A DNA stretch of 64,000 nucleotides from Oscillospiraceae bacterium (GTDB lineage: Bacteria > Bacillota > Clostridia > UMGS1840 > HGM11507), in assembly GCA_015068665.1 (NCBI GenBank), contig SVKB01000011.1:4858-68857 (forward strand), written 5' to 3'. Position numbers and translations under genes: made by a program. How positions within the stretch are numbered: position 1 is the first letter of the stretch; every line of letters begins with the position of its first letter. The notes under the pieces are model-generated. The model was not told where the DNA came from. It was given only the letters and a program-made list of their open reading frames with translations, and searched no databases. Shown here one piece after another: positions 25,284 through 35,982 of this stretch.

Positions 25284-26840
25284 TTATTTTGCATAATCTA
25301 CAGCCCTTGTTTCTCTTACGACATTAACCTTAATCTGTCCCGGATATTCAAGCTCGCTTTCGATTTTTTCTGCGATTTCTCTTGCAACCACAATCATTGT
25401 TTCATCATTGATATCATCAGGCTTAACCATAATTCTGATTTCTCTGCCTGCCTGGATTGCAAAGGATTTTTCAACGCCCTTGAAGGAGGATGAAATTTCC
25501 TCAAGCTTCTCTAAACGTTTAACATAGGTTTCAATATTTTCTCTTCTTGCGCCCGGTCTTGCAGCGGAGATTGCATCAGCTGCCTGAACGATGCATGCAA
25601 TAACTGTTTCAGGCTCTGCATCACCGTGATGGGACATAATAGAGTTTAAAACGACCTGATCCTCATGATATTTCTTGGCAATATCCGCACCAATCATAAC
25701 GTGAGAGCCTTCTATTTCGTGAGTTGAAGCCTTGCCTATATCGTGAAGTAAGCCTGCTCTTTTAGCCATAACAACGTCAACGCCTAATTCTGCGGCAATA
25801 ATTCCCGATATATGAGCAACTTCAATTGAATGCTTAAGAACATTCTGACCGTAGCTTGTTCTGTACTTAAGTCTTCCGAGAAGCTTGATAAGCTCGGGGT
25901 GAAGACCATGAACGCCAACCTCGAAGGTAGCGGATTCACCGGCTTTTTTAATGGTAGCATCAACCTCTTTCTGAGCCTTTTCAACCATTTCTTCAATTCT
26001 TGCAGGATGAATACGGCCGTCCGAGATAAGCTTTTCAAGTGCAAGACGGGCAACCTCACGTCTGACAGGATCGAAGGAGGAAAGGATAACTGCTTCGGGA
26101 GTATCGTCAATGATAACATCAACCCCTGTTGCGGTTTCTAAGGTTCTTATGTTTCTTCCTTCTCTTCCGATAATTCTTCCTTTCATTTCATCGCCGGGAA
26201 GGGATACTGTGGAAACTGTAACCTCAGCAACGTGATCGGATGCACATCTCTGAATAGCAGATGTGATAATGTTTCTTGCCTTTTCGTCAGCAACCTCTTT
26301 TGTTTCTTCTTCAATTTCCTTGATTTTAACAGCAGCGGCAACTCTGACTTTTTCTTCGATATTTTTCAGTAGGTATGTTTTTGCTTCTTCAGCGGTCAGT
26401 CCCGAAATCTTTTCAAGAAGCTCCAACTGTCTTCTCTGGATTTCAGCAACATATTCTTCTTTTTCTTCTAACTGCTTCTGCTTGTCTTTTAAATTTTCTT
26501 CTCTTGACTCAAGGTTTTCAAGCTTTTTATCAAGATTTTCTTCCTTTTGCAGAAGTCTTTTTTCCTGTTTTTGGATTTCTCCGCGACGTTCCTTGATTTC
26601 CTTATCAAGCTCTGATCTGCTCTTATGTATTTCGTCTTTAACCTCTAAAAGCTTCTCTTTTTTCATGTTTTCAACGGTTTTATAAGAGTCGTTAACAATT
26701 CTTTTTGCTTCTTCTTCAGCGCTTTTAATCTGGCTTTCCGCAATCTTTTTACGGTAGGAAATACCGAGTCTGAAAGCTATTAAGCCAACAACCAAAGCAA
26801 CACCGGCGGCGATTCCAATCATTATAAACGGATTATTCAT
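25284..26840 (-). CDS. rny: Ribonuclease Y
   Basis: N-terminal TM helix, long coiled coil, KH domain ([12 protein letters not shown]) and HD domain (HSIEVA...LLHDIGK). Start moved to ATG 26840 (MNNPF) behind GGGAGGTG; the track start at 26909 is an extension. Confidence 0.95.
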   Translation of the reverse strand: MNNPFIMIGIAAGVALVVGLIAFRLGISYRKKIAESQIKSAEEEAKRIVNDSYKTVENMKKEKLLEVKDEIHKSRSELDKEIKERRGEIQKQEKRLLQKEENLDKKLENLESREENLKDKQKQLEEKEEYVAEIQRRQLELLEKISGLTAEEAKTYLLKNIEEKVRVAAAVKIKEIEEETKEVADEKARNIITSAIQRCASDHVAEVTVSTVSLPGDEMKGRIIGREGRNIRTLETATGVDVIIDDTPEAVILSSFDPVRREVARLALEKLISDGRIHPARIEEMVEKAQKEVDATIKKAGESATFEVGVHGLHPELIKLLGRLKYRTSYGQNVLKHSIEVAHISGIIAAELGVDVVMAKRAGLLHDIGKASTHEIEGSHVMIGADIAKKYHEDQVVLNSIMSHHGDAEPETVIACIVQAADAISAARPGARRENIETYVKRLEKLEEISSSFKGVEKSFAIQAGREIRIMVKPDDINDETMIVVAREIAEKIESELEYPGQIKVNVVRETRAVDYAK

Positions 26841-27021
26841 AATGATACACCTCCCATGTTTTTTACTTTTTGTTTCAGTTTTTTGCCTGTTTAATGAAAT
26901 ACCGACCAAGAGGCAGATAACACTTAATCTGCGTAAACCGGTTTATGAAAAATATCATAATATTTAAAGGAAGTATAGAGCATTGCCCCACTATCCCATA
27001 ATATATAACCTACTAAACTAT

Positions 27022-27050
27022 ATTGTAATATTTTTTGGTGTTATTGTCAA
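27022..27050 (-). promoter_or_regulatory. Sigma-A promoter of rny with ~175-nt leader
   Basis: The minus strand reads TTGACA (27050-27045), 17 nt, TACAAT (27027-27022). Confidence 0.5.
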
Positions 27051-27129
27051 GGCGTTTTTGCAAGTTTAAAAATAAAAACTCTTCCATCATTTGTGATTTA
27101 TTTGTCGGAATATCGGGTCGTCACACTCT

Positions 27130-27316
27130 GCGGGAACCGTCGCCACAGCCTTCTCCTTGAGGAGAAGGTGTCAGCGATAGCTGACGGATGAGGTGTAAGA
27201 TATAAATCCCTACGGGATTTTCGATATGTTTTGCTAAAGCAAAACTCGATATGCAATTAAAATTGCTCGATATGTGCTTCGCACTCGATATGTTGCCTTT
27301 CGGCAACGAGAAAAAG
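27130..27316 (-). repeat. CATATCGAG bead array plus V module (inverse orientation on plus strand)
   Basis: The plus strand shows V (GCCTTCTCCTTGAGGAGAAGGTG-TCAGCGATAGCTGA-CGGATGAGGTG, 27148-27195). It is followed by AAATCCCTACGGGATT, TTCGATATG, TTTTGCTAAAGCAAAA, CTCGATATG, CAATTAAAATTG, CTCGATATG, TGCTTCGCA, CTCGATATG, TTGCCTTTCGGCAA. Confidence 0.85.
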
Positions 27317-27344
27317 AACCGACGATAGTAGCATGTCGGTTCTT
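27314..27344 (-). terminator. Intrinsic terminator of the BMP lipoprotein gene
   Basis: AAGAACCGAC-loop-GTCGGTTCTT followed on the minus strand by TTTCTCG, which is also the first word of the bead array. Confidence 0.6.
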
Positions 27345-27372
27345 ACTTCATTTATAATTTGTCATTTGTAAT

Positions 27373-28389
27373 TTATTCTTCCGTCTGCAAGATAGCAAGA
27401 TAGCCATCAAGTTCTGCAAGATTTTTTGGCGGAATTATTTTTCCGTCTGCAATGGCAACTCTTATTTTATTTGCTTTATCTAAAGTTTCCCTGTCAAGGT
27501 TATTTACCTTTGAAAGAGAAATCATTCTTTCCTTTGCCCCGAATTCATAGGATTTGCCAAATTCTAAAGCTTTTTCTACATAAGAGGAATTAAGATTGCT
27601 TACTGCAATTTTTATATTCTTTATAACACTTACAAGCACATTTTCAGGAGCACTTGTACCGTAGTCAACACCTGCACATATAATTTTTGCATTTAATTCT
27701 TTTGCGGTATCAATAGCACCGTAGGTGCCGGTCTGAAGGGCGCAGAAAACCATATCGCAGCCCTTTTCGGTATAAAGGGCATTTGCTCCCTGCTTACCGC
27801 CTTCACGGTTATTTTCGCCATCCACCTTAACTGTTTCAACAGTTACTTCAAGAGCATCCTCCTTAGCAGAGTATGCGGCACCTGCACGAAATCCCGCTTC
27901 ATATCTTTCACCGATAAAATCATCGGCAACAAGAACACCGAGAGTCTTGTTAAGAGACGCCTTTGCGGCAATATAGCCTGCAATAAAGCCACCCTCCTGC
28001 TCGCGGAAATTAACCGTAATAACATTTTCGGGAACCTTTTCATAAACTGCATCTATAACTGCAAATAAGGTTTCGGGATACTCCTGAGCGTGTTTTTTTA
28101 CTATATCAGCCCCGCCCTTTTCAAGAACCCATATAAAATCGTGACCCTCGCCTATTATGGTGATAAAATTATCTTCAAATTCTTCCTTTACGGTGTTTTC
28201 AAAATAGGAGATTTTTGCAGTTTGAGTATGTGCACGAATTCCGTTATACGCCTCGTTATTCTGAGTGCCGTTAAAAATTTCCGTTTCGTAGGAAACACCT
28301 GAAATCTTTTTCTTACCCTCATAATATTCACAGCCCGAAAAGGCAAAAAGCATTGTCATTATCACTAAAAAGCTTATAAATCTTTTCAT
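27373..28389 (-). CDS. BMP family (Med/PnrA-like) ABC transporter substrate-binding lipoprotein
   Basis: 338 aa. Lipobox LFAFSGC. Periplasmic-binding fold with the motifs FIAGYIAA and GTYGAI, typical of the basic membrane protein family. Confidence 0.8.
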   Translation of the reverse strand: MKRFISFLVIMTMLFAFSGCEYYEGKKKISGVSYETEIFNGTQNNEAYNGIRAHTQTAKISYFENTVKEEFEDNFITIIGEGHDFIWVLEKGGADIVKKHAQEYPETLFAVIDAVYEKVPENVITVNFREQEGGFIAGYIAAKASLNKTLGVLVADDFIGERYEAGFRAGAAYSAKEDALEVTVETVKVDGENNREGGKQGANALYTEKGCDMVFCALQTGTYGAIDTAKELNAKIICAGVDYGTSAPENVLVSVIKNIKIAVSNLNSSYVEKALEFGKSYEFGAKERMISLSKVNNLDRETLDKANKIRVAIADGKIIPPKNLAELDGYLAILQTEE

Positions 28390-28530
28390 TTTCTTAAAAA
28401 CCTCCGCTAAATTATGATAAGATTATAACACTTAATTTATTTTTTTTCAATATAAAAAAAGATTTCCTATTTACATCGTTGGAATTATGTGATAGAATAT
28501 ATAAGACAAAATATAATAATTTGGGGTAGA

Positions 28531-29085
28531 ATGATGCGAATTATATCCGGTTCAAGAAGGGGAACGGTGCTTTTTTCCCCTGTTACTGATAAAACAAGAC
28601 CTACCACCGACCGTGTAAGAGAGAATATATTTAACATCATAAGATTCAATCTTCCCGGTGCAAAAGCTCTTGATCTTTTTTCGGGAAGCGGCGGAATGGG
28701 AATTGAAGCTCTTTCCCAGGGTGCGCAAAGCTGTGTTTTTGTGGACTGTGAGAAGGCGGCAACAGACATAATCAAAAAAAACCTTGAAAAAACAAGGCTT
28801 ACGGATGTATCAAAAGTGGTTAGGGCATCCTTTGATGCATACATAAACAGCACTCGGGATACCTTTGATATTATATTTTTAGACCCCCCCTACCATAAAA
28901 ATCTTATTTACGAAGCGATGAAGCTTATAAAAAATAAAGGGCTTGATAATGACGGATGCCTTTTTGTTCTGGAATGTGACAGCGACGAGGAGGTTAAGCT
29001 TCCTTCGGGATATGAAATAATAAGGGAAAAGATTTACGGAAGAGTCAAGGTCAGTCTTGCAAAAAGAGGTGAAGAAGTTAAATGA
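28531..29085 (+). CDS. rsmD: 16S rRNA (guanine966-N2)-methyltransferase RsmD
   Basis: [10 protein letters not shown]...[14 protein letters not shown]...[19 protein letters not shown]...DPPY. Start moved from 28489 to the MMRIISG methionines. Confidence 0.9.
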   Translation: MMRIISGSRRGTVLFSPVTDKTRPTTDRVRENIFNIIRFNLPGAKALDLFSGSGGMGIEALSQGAQSCVFVDCEKAATDIIKKNLEKTRLTDVSKVVRASFDAYINSTRDTFDIIFLDPPYHKNLIYEAMKLIKNKGLDNDGCLFVLECDSDEEVKLPSGYEIIREKIYGRVKVSLAKRGEEVK

Positions 29086-29576
29086 GCAGCGCAATCTATC
29101 CGGGCAGCTTTGACCCGGTAACAAACGGTCATCTTGATATAATTGAGAGAACCGCCGCAATTTTCGATAAGGTTACGGTTGCTATTTTAATAAACAGCAG
29201 TAAAACCCCCACCTTCACCGTGGAAGAAAGAATTGATATGCTAAAAAAAGCAACGGCTCACATTCCCAATGTGGAAATAGAGTTTTTTGACGGACTGCTG
29301 GTTGACTTTGTAAGAAGCAAAAATGCAAATGTTATAATCAAGGGTCTGCGTGCCGTTTCGGATTTTGAATACGAATTTCAGATGGCAATGCTTAACAAAA
29401 GCGTTGCGCCTGATATTGAAACCCTGTTTATGATGACGGGAAACAAGTATTCATATTTAAGCTCAAGCATTGTTAAGGAGCTTGGACGGCTCGGTGCCCC
29501 GGTTGACGAATTTGTACCACAGGCGATAATGGATAACGTTACAGAAAAATTAAGAAAGGATCGTAAAGAAAAATGA
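29082..29576 (+). CDS. coaD: Phosphopantetheine adenylyltransferase
   Basis: [22 protein letters not shown] is the canonical CoaD N-terminus. ATGA overlap with rsmD. Confidence 0.95.
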   Translation: MSSAIYPGSFDPVTNGHLDIIERTAAIFDKVTVAILINSSKTPTFTVEERIDMLKKATAHIPNVEIEFFDGLLVDFVRSKNANVIIKGLRAVSDFEYEFQMAMLNKSVAPDIETLFMMTGNKYSYLSSSIVKELGRLGAPVDEFVPQAIMDNVTEKLRKDRKEK

Positions 29577-30145
29577 GTTTTAAAGAATTAATTGATGAAC
29601 TTGAAGAAATAATTGAGGACGCTAATGCCATTCCCCTGTCAGGCGGTAAGGCTATTATCAGCAAGGATGAAATTTTCGGTATTATCGAGCAGATAAGACT
29701 TGCATATCCCAACGACATCAAGGAAGCTGAATATGTAAGAAAGGAAAGAGACAGAATTTTAGCAGACGCCGAAAAGGAAGCTAAAATTTTAACTGATGAA
29801 GCTAAAAACAAGGTTGCCAGAATGGTTGACGATTCTGAAATTGTCCGACTTGCAAAGCAGAAGGCGTCCGAAATAATTGAGGAAACCCAGGCAAAGGCAA
29901 GAGAAATGCATAACGATGCAGTTGCAAGAACCAACGCCTATGAGGATCAGCGTAAGGCTGACCTTCAAAGATATCAGGACAGCGTTATAAAATACAGCTT
30001 AAGCTCTCTTCAGAAGGCTGAATCCACAACCGAAGCAGGCTTGGCTACCGTTAAGAAGGCTATGGATGAGCTTACAAGACAGTATGAAAGCATGAGTAAG
30101 CTTTACGAAACAATTTTAATAAGCAAGAGTAAAATCGGTGAATAA
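29573..30145 (+). CDS. Charged coiled-coil protein of unknown function (ATP-synthase b/H-like helical repeats)
   Basis: 190 aa. Translationally coupled to coa[21 protein letters not shown]...[19 protein letters not shown]. No enzymatic motif seen. Confidence 0.5.
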   Translation: MSFKELIDELEEIIEDANAIPLSGGKAIISKDEIFGIIEQIRLAYPNDIKEAEYVRKERDRILADAEKEAKILTDEAKNKVARMVDDSEIVRLAKQKASEIIEETQAKAREMHNDAVARTNAYEDQRKADLQRYQDSVIKYSLSSLQKAESTTEAGLATVKKAMDELTRQYESMSKLYETILISKSKIGE

Positions 30146-30146
30146 T

Positions 30147-31028
30147 CTACATAAGAATAAAGGTTATCAATGCACAAAGTGCACCAAACAGCAGCTTATT
30201 TAAAATATAGGCTGCTGATTTTATTTTGTCAGAAACGCTTTTTAACTGCATTAAAACGCATATTCCCGAAAAGCCGGTTAAAAAGGCACATAGAGATGCC
30301 TTTAGCTTAAGGCTTATGGGAAAAGCACATACACTGTAAACTCCGCCGGTTATTTCAAGCATTCCCAATAAAAAATCGTAAAAGGGAAGAACAGACAGGG
30401 GCAATAGCCGAAGGGCTTCGGTAACTGCCGAAAAAAAGCAAATCACACCGCAAATGGTAATAACCGACTGAGTGGCTTCGGTTATGCTTTTTAACAGCAA
30501 AGGCAGAAAGGGCTTTTTTTCCTTTTTATGTACAGGAATGATTTTTGTTGCCTTTGATTTTTTTCGGGTGGCAAGTCCGAAAATAAGGGATACCGCAACT
30601 AACGAAAGGTATATAACGGCTCCCGCTTTTATGTTTCCCAAAAGGGATGCACCCACAAGTCCGATTATAAACCCGGGCCCGGGAAGATTGGCAAAAATAA
30701 GAAGACGGTCCTTTTCGGCTTCGGTTATTTCGCCTGCCTCATAAAGCATAAGGGCAAGTCTTCCGCCGATGGGATAACCGCATAAAAGCCCTGATATAAG
30801 TGCCCATACGGACTTTTCCGAAATATTAAAAAGCCTTGCTGAAAGTAAAAGGGGAGGAAAGCTTATATTTCCCGAAAGTCTTACAAGAAGCCCCGAGATA
30901 ACCGAAAATGGAAAAAGTGTGGGGATAATATCCTTAAGGCAAATAAAAAGGGTGTCTGCCACCGCATCGGATACTATTTCAGGGAAAATAAGAAGCAGCA
31001 CAAGAAAAAATAAGGTTAAAAGAATCAT
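30147..31028 (-). CDS. ylbJ: Sporulation integral membrane protein YlbJ-like (nucleoside-recognition/gate domain)
   Basis: 293-aa polytopic protein. Synteny with rsmD (ylbH) and coaD (ylbI) as in Bacillus. Shorter than Bacillus YlbJ. Confidence 0.6.
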   Translation of the reverse strand: MILLTLFFLVLLLIFPEIVSDAVADTLFICLKDIIPTLFPFSVISGLLVRLSGNISFPPLLLSARLFNISEKSVWALISGLLCGYPIGGRLALMLYEAGEITEAEKDRLLIFANLPGPGFIIGLVGASLLGNIKAGAVIYLSLVAVSLIFGLATRKKSKATKIIPVHKKEKKPFLPLLLKSITEATQSVITICGVICFFSAVTEALRLLPLSVLPFYDFLLGMLEITGGVYSVCAFPISLKLKASLCAFLTGFSGICVLMQLKSVSDKIKSAAYILNKLLFGALCALITFILM

Positions 31029-31070
31029 AAATACACCTCCCGTAAAGTATATTTAAGATAGGTGATAATT

Positions 31071-31337
31071 ATGAAAAAATTAAAGCTGAAGGCGGTGAGC
31101 GAGGCTCTTGCACTTCCCTCGGAATATGTGGCAAGCTGTTCAAAAATAACGGTTACCGACTATATGTATACCGAAATTTTAAACTATAAAAGCATTATTG
31201 AATATACCGATAAAATAATAAGAATCAATGCAACCGATAAGATAATAAAAATTTCAGGTGATAATCTTAAGCTGGATAATATTACCGATGACAGAATGGC
31301 AATTTCGGGAAAAATAAACGCCCTCACTTTTGAATAA
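31071..31337 (+). CDS. yqfC: Sporulation protein YqfC (YabP/YqfC family)
   Basis: 88 aa. ...ITVTDYMYTEILNYKSIIEYTDKIIRINATDKIIKISGDNLKLDNITDDRMAISGKINALTFE. ATG 31071 lies 7 nt after AGGTG. Confidence 0.75.
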   Translation: MKKLKLKAVSEALALPSEYVASCSKITVTDYMYTEILNYKSIIEYTDKIIRINATDKIIKISGDNLKLDNITDDRMAISGKINALTFE

Positions 31338-31361
31338 ATTGGAAAAAATAAGTAATAATAA

Positions 31362-31390
31362 TTGTAATCCTTGTCAATGTGTGATATAAT
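31362..31390 (+). promoter_or_regulatory. Sigma-A promoter of rnj (extended -10)
   Basis: TTGTAA (31362-31367), 17 nt, TGATATAAT ending at 31390. About 90-nt leader. Confidence 0.5.
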
Positions 31391-31479
31391 TACAATAGGT
31401 GATTGTGTTCGGTTTTAAAAAATTAAAGGCGGCTGCCTGAATAAAAAATGTACGGAAAAAATTTTATAAGGAGGTAAAA

Positions 31480-33144
31480 ATGTCTAAAAAAACACTTAAA
31501 ATAATACCGCTTGGCGGTCTTAACGAAATCGGTAAGAACATTACCGCTTTTGAGTATGGAAACGATATCATCGTTTTAGACTGCGGAATAGCCTTCCCGG
31601 ATGAGGAAATGCTGGGAATTGACCTGGTTATTCCCGACTTCAGTTATCTTATTAAAAACAAGGATAAGGTAAGAGCACTTGTTATCACTCACGGTCATGA
31701 GGACCATATAGGTGCAATTCCCTTCTTCTTAAAGGAAATAAATGTTCCCGTTTACGGAACAAGACTGACCTTAGGGCTTGTTGAGCATAAGCTTTATGAG
31801 CATAATATCCTGTCAACCACAAAGCTTAACAAGGTTTCGGCAGGAGATACGGTGCGATTCGGAGAAATCACCGTTGAATTTATACGAACAAACCACTCTA
31901 TTGCAGATGCCTGCGCCATAGCATTTCACACACCTGTCGGCATAATCCTTCACACAGGAGACTTTAAAATCGATCCAACACCCGTTACAGGTAAAATGCT
32001 TGACCTTGCAAGATTTGCAGAGCTGGGCAAACAGGGGATAACCCTATTGATGTCGGACAGCACCAATGCTGAAAGACAGGGCTACACCATGTCTGAAAGC
32101 ACCATCGGAGGAACCCTGGACGATATATTTATGCAGAATAAAAAGAGCAGAATAATCGTTGCCACTTTTGCTTCCAATATCCACCGTATGCAGCAGATTA
32201 TTGATGCGGCGCATAAAACGGGAAGAAAGGTTGCGGTTTCGGGAAGAAGTATGGAAAATATTCTTACCGTTGCAATAGAGCTTGGATATATGAAGGTGCC
32301 GCCCGGTGTGCTTGTGGATATAGATGCAATATCGAAATACAATAAAAACCAGACGGTTATAATTACTACAGGCTCCCAGGGTGAGCCCATGAGCGCCCTT
32401 TACCGTATGGCTTATTCCGACCATAAGAAAATTGAAATAACAAACGGTGATGTGGTAGTTGTTTCCGCATCCCCCATTCCGGGAAATGAAAAATTCATTT
32501 CAAGAGTAATAAACGAGCTTTTCCGCAAGGGGGCAAAGGTTATTTACGATGCCATGGCTGATATTCACGTTTCGGGCCATGCCTGTCAGGAAGAGCTGAA
32601 GCTTATTTTAGGTCTTTGCCAGCCTAAATATTTTATGCCGGTTCACGGTGAATACCGTCATCTTATAAAGCATAAGGAGCTTGCCGAAAAGGTGGGTATA
32701 AGTGAAAAGAATATTTTCATTGCCGATATAGGTAATATCCTTGAAATTTCGGGGAAAACCGCTAAGTTAAACGGCACCGTTACCTCGGGAAGAGTATTTG
32801 TGGACGGACTTGGCGTAGGTGATGTGGGTAATATCGTTATCCGTGACCGTAAGCACCTGTCTCAGTTCGGATTGCTTGTAATTGTTGTTACCATTTCTTC
32901 AACCGAGAAAAAGATAGTTGCAGGCCCCGATATTATTTCAAGAGGCTTTGTCTATGTAAGAGAAAGCGAAATGCTTATGCAGGGCGCAAAGGATATCTCT
33001 CTTGCAACCATTGAAAAATGTCTGTCCCGCGGTACGATTGACTGGTCCAGTATGAAGGCAGATGTAAGAAGTGAGGTTGCGGACTTTATATTTAAGGAAA
33101 CAAAGAGAAGACCGATGATATTGCCAGTGATAATGGAAGTCTGA
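31480..33144 (+). CDS. rnj: Ribonuclease J
   Basis: 554 aa. LKIIPLGGLNEIGKN, the metallo-beta-lactamase HGHEDHIGA motif and a beta-CASP region. Confidence 0.95.
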   Translation: MSKKTLKIIPLGGLNEIGKNITAFEYGNDIIVLDCGIAFPDEEMLGIDLVIPDFSYLIKNKDKVRALVITHGHEDHIGAIPFFLKEINVPVYGTRLTLGLVEHKLYEHNILSTTKLNKVSAGDTVRFGEITVEFIRTNHSIADACAIAFHTPVGIILHTGDFKIDPTPVTGKMLDLARFAELGKQGITLLMSDSTNAERQGYTMSESTIGGTLDDIFMQNKKSRIIVATFASNIHRMQQIIDAAHKTGRKVAVSGRSMENILTVAIELGYMKVPPGVLVDIDAISKYNKNQTVIITTGSQGEPMSALYRMAYSDHKKIEITNGDVVVVSASPIPGNEKFISRVINELFRKGAKVIYDAMADIHVSGHACQEELKLILGLCQPKYFMPVHGEYRHLIKHKELAEKVGISEKNIFIADIGNILEISGKTAKLNGTVTSGRVFVDGLGVGDVGNIVIRDRKHLSQFGLLVIVVTISSTEKKIVAGPDIISRGFVYVRESEMLMQGAKDISLATIEKCLSRGTIDWSSMKADVRSEVADFIFKETKRRPMILPVIMEV

Positions 33145-33967
33145 AAGTAAAAAGCGTAAAAAAAGCGTTAAAATTCCCCGGACCATGCAAAGCAATATAT
33201 ATATAAAGAAAGCGATGTACTTATTCCGTAATTAAATGTTAAAGGCGCTTGATAAAATAAGGAATAAATCGCAAAGCGATTTATGGAATTAAAAGCTTTG
33301 CATTTTGAACGAAAATCCCCTCTCGATGTATTTAATACACCTTCGGGTGATTTTCGTTCAATCCAAGAAATTTTTCCTGCTTTTCGTTTGATATTGGCGG
33401 CATCGAGCCACCAATATCAAAAAAAGCGTAAAATCAACAAACCATGTAAAGCAAAATAATATAAATAGAAAATGTGTCTGTATCATATACAGGCACATTT
33501 ATTTGTAGTTTACATTACTATATTAAGGTATAAATTTGCAAGCAAATTTATGAATTTAAATGCTTTGCGTTATAAATGAAACCAGCCATCTGAGAGTTAT
33601 CAAAATTCGTTTTTTAAAAAATTCCAACGGAACCTATATCGCTTTAAAATTGTGATTTTTCAAGGCGGAAGGCTTTGGTAATACGAGGTATGCCAAAGGC
33701 GACAACGAAGAAAAAGCCTATTTTTAAGTGATATAGACGGATTTGGATAGCTCTTAGATGGCTGCAGATGTATCTCATACACCTTCGGGTGATTTTCGTT
33801 CAATCCAAGAAATTTTTCTTATCTTTCGTTTGATATTGGCGGCATCGAGCCACCAATATCAAAAAAGCGTAAATTCAACAAACCATGCAAAGCAAAATAA
33901 TATAAATAGAAAATGGGCGTGTCTCAATAAGTGATTTTTCACTCAATCGAGGCAACGCCCTTTGCTT
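33145..33967 (+). repeat. T-unit composite (three T-type units, R junction modules, one embedded MITE)
   Basis: Units start with AAAAAGCGT(T)AAAAT at about 33149, 33421 and 33863. They contain the 14-bp hairpin AAATGTGTCTGTAT-CAT-ATACAGGCACATTT (33470-33500), AAATTTGCAAGCAAATTT, an R junction (33309-33357) and the GCATCGAGCC-loop hairpin (33379-33427, 33826-33870). Confidence 0.8.
33583..33764. mobile_element. MITE-like element with 27-nt terminal inverted repeats (23/27 match)
   Basis: Left end CAGCCATCTGAGAGTTATCAAAATTCG. Reverse complement of the right end CAGCCATCTAAGAGCTATCCAAATCCG. It interrupts an R module (compare the intact copy at 62195-62241). Its interior is homologous in inverse orientation to 52565-52680. 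Confidence 0.55.
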
Positions 33968-35209
33968 TTAATGTTTTATATCGTCTGCGCTGATTTTTCT
34001 TGTATGCTCGGTATGGAACCAGTCTTTATTATTCTTTCTTATCACACCCACAACCGCAATGGGAAGCCAGGTATAGGTATAAACAAGATAGGGAATATAA
34101 TAAAGAAGCATTTTCTTTGTAAGCTTTCCTTCCAGCCATAAAACAAGCGGAGTAAGAAGAAGCTGACCGATCATAACAAGATTCCATAAATATGGCGGAA
34201 TTGCAAGATTAGTCAAAAACCACATTCCGAGAGGCGGATAGAACAGCTTTATAAAGGAAACGGTGGTTATTATAAGAAGCAGTATAAGAAGGGTTGGCTG
34301 AAGAAGATAAATTATACAGTCAAAGGCTAAAATATTATTTTCTTTAACCGCCTTTTTGAAAAGCTTCGGTATAAATCTTGAAGCAACATCCGCATGCCCC
34401 TGCATCCATCTTGTTCTTTGCTTTACCGACTGGGATAGGGTAAGCGGCTTTTCATCATAAACAATAGCATCGTAAGCATAGCCTACTGAGATACCGTTTA
34501 AAACAAGCTGCATGGTAAATTCCATATCCTCTGCAAGACAGGTAGCGCTCCAGCCGTATTCTTTAATAATATCGGTAGAAACCGCAAATCCGGTACCTGA
34601 AATCTGATTGGATAAGCCTAAATTACTTCTTGCGGTCTGGTAAACCTTATTAAGAAGCCAGAAGGAAATCGCATAGGATGCGGTAATCCATGAGTCATTG
34701 GGGTTCTTTGTATCAATATAGCCCTGAACTGCCTTAAAGCCCTGATTGAACTTTAAGTTCATTTCGGTCAGGAAATTCTTATGAACGATATTATCGGCAT
34801 CGAATACGCAAATTGCATCGTATTCCTTTTCCATTTCGAAAATTCTTCCGAACATCCAGTTAAGAGCATAGCCCTTACCCCTGTCACCCTCGGAAAATCT
34901 TTCATGAACCTCTGCACCGTGCTCTCTTGCGATTTTTGCGGTATCGTCATTACAGTTATCGGCAATAACGAATATATCGTACTTATCCTTATCGTAGTCA
35001 ATATTCTTAAGACTGTCAACAATCTCGGAAATAACGGTCTGCTCATTATGAGCCGCAACCACCATAGCAAAACGGTGCTTCTTATCAGACAGTACCTTTG
35101 CCTTGTTATCGCCAATGAAAGCAAAGATGGCAACCAGTATGTGATATAATCCGATGATTATAACAAAAAGCTGCATCAGAACTGATAAAGCGTATACTAT
35201 AACATTCAT
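33968..35209 (-). CDS. Family 2 glycosyltransferase, membrane-bound (processive beta-glycan synthase-like)
   Basis: 413 aa. N-terminal TM helix, GT-A motifs VVAAHNEQ, DNCNDDT, FDADN and the QRTRW-like motif QRTRWMQG, then C-terminal TM helices. Confidence 0.85.
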   Translation of the reverse strand: MNVIVYALSVLMQLFVIIIGLYHILVAIFAFIGDNKAKVLSDKKHRFAMVVAAHNEQTVISEIVDSLKNIDYDKDKYDIFVIADNCNDDTAKIAREHGAEVHERFSEGDRGKGYALNWMFGRIFEMEKEYDAICVFDADNIVHKNFLTEMNLKFNQGFKAVQGYIDTKNPNDSWITASYAISFWLLNKVYQTARSNLGLSNQISGTGFAVSTDIIKEYGWSATCLAEDMEFTMQLVLNGISVGYAYDAIVYDEKPLTLSQSVKQRTRWMQGHADVASRFIPKLFKKAVKENNILAFDCIIYLLQPTLLILLLIITTVSFIKLFYPPLGMWFLTNLAIPPYLWNLVMIGQLLLTPLVLWLEGKLTKKMLLYYIPYLVYTYTWLPIAVVGVIRKNNKDWFHTEHTRKISADDIKH

Positions 35210-35398
35210 TTTTATTACCTAGCCTTTCTCAATACATAAAAACGATATTACTTTTTTCGCAATTTTCCATTCTAAAATAGAATATACTACATTTATTCAC
35301 TTTTTGCAAGAGTTTTAATAAAAATTTTAAAAGGCGGAATTGACTTTTCTCTTTTTCCATAGTAATATTATTATATATCAGTATGTAAAAGAGGTTTT

Positions 35399-35980
35399 AT
35401 GATGAACAGTAAGGAAAGATTTGTTGAATTATACAAAAAATACATAACAAGAGAGGGAAGTGACAAGCTTCTTAACTATCTTTTATCGGATAAGTGCGAT
35501 TTCTTTGAAGCACCTGCCAGCACAAGGTATCACCTTTCAAGCCCGGGCGGGCTTTGTACCCACTCTTTAAATGTTTACGACTGCTTAAAGGCTTATCTTG
35601 ACCGCCCCTATGCAAAAGAAACCTTCGGACTTGACTATTCCGAAGAAACTATTGCAATTGTTTCTCTTCTTCACGATTTATGCAAGATAAACTGCTATAA
35701 AAAGGGCTTCCGTAATGTAAAGGATGAAACGGGGAAATGGATTCAGGTTCCGAACTATGAATTTGACGATCCCGTTCCTTACGGTCACGGTGAAAAATCA
35801 GTATATATAATTTCAGGCTTTATGCGTCTTACAAGGGAAGAGGCATTTGCAATAAGATATCACATGGGCTACTCAGGCACCGAGGATACAAGAAATGTAT
35901 CCAAGGCATTTGAGGCATTTCCTCTTGCATTTGCGGTATCCACCGCCGATATGGAGGCAACCTTCCTTCTGGAGCAGTAA
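35399..35980 (+). CDS. HD-domain phosphohydrolase
   Basis: 193 aa. H...HSLNV...LLHDLCK...RYHMG signature of the HD superfamily. Confidence 0.75.
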   Translation: MMNSKERFVELYKKYITREGSDKLLNYLLSDKCDFFEAPASTRYHLSSPGGLCTHSLNVYDCLKAYLDRPYAKETFGLDYSEETIAIVSLLHDLCKINCYKKGFRNVKDETGKWIQVPNYEFDDPVPYGHGEKSVYIISGFMRLTREEAFAIRYHMGYSGTEDTRNVSKAFEAFPLAFAVSTADMEATFLLEQ

Positions 35981-35982
35981 TT

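Noticed and set aside
31391-31479. A riboswitch or T-box in the rnj, rny or GT2 leaders.
   Set aside because: I could not recognise any conserved riboswitch core (no T-box specifier/T-loop motif and no c-di-GMP, SAM, TPP or purine signatures). The leaders are left unannotated rather than guessed.
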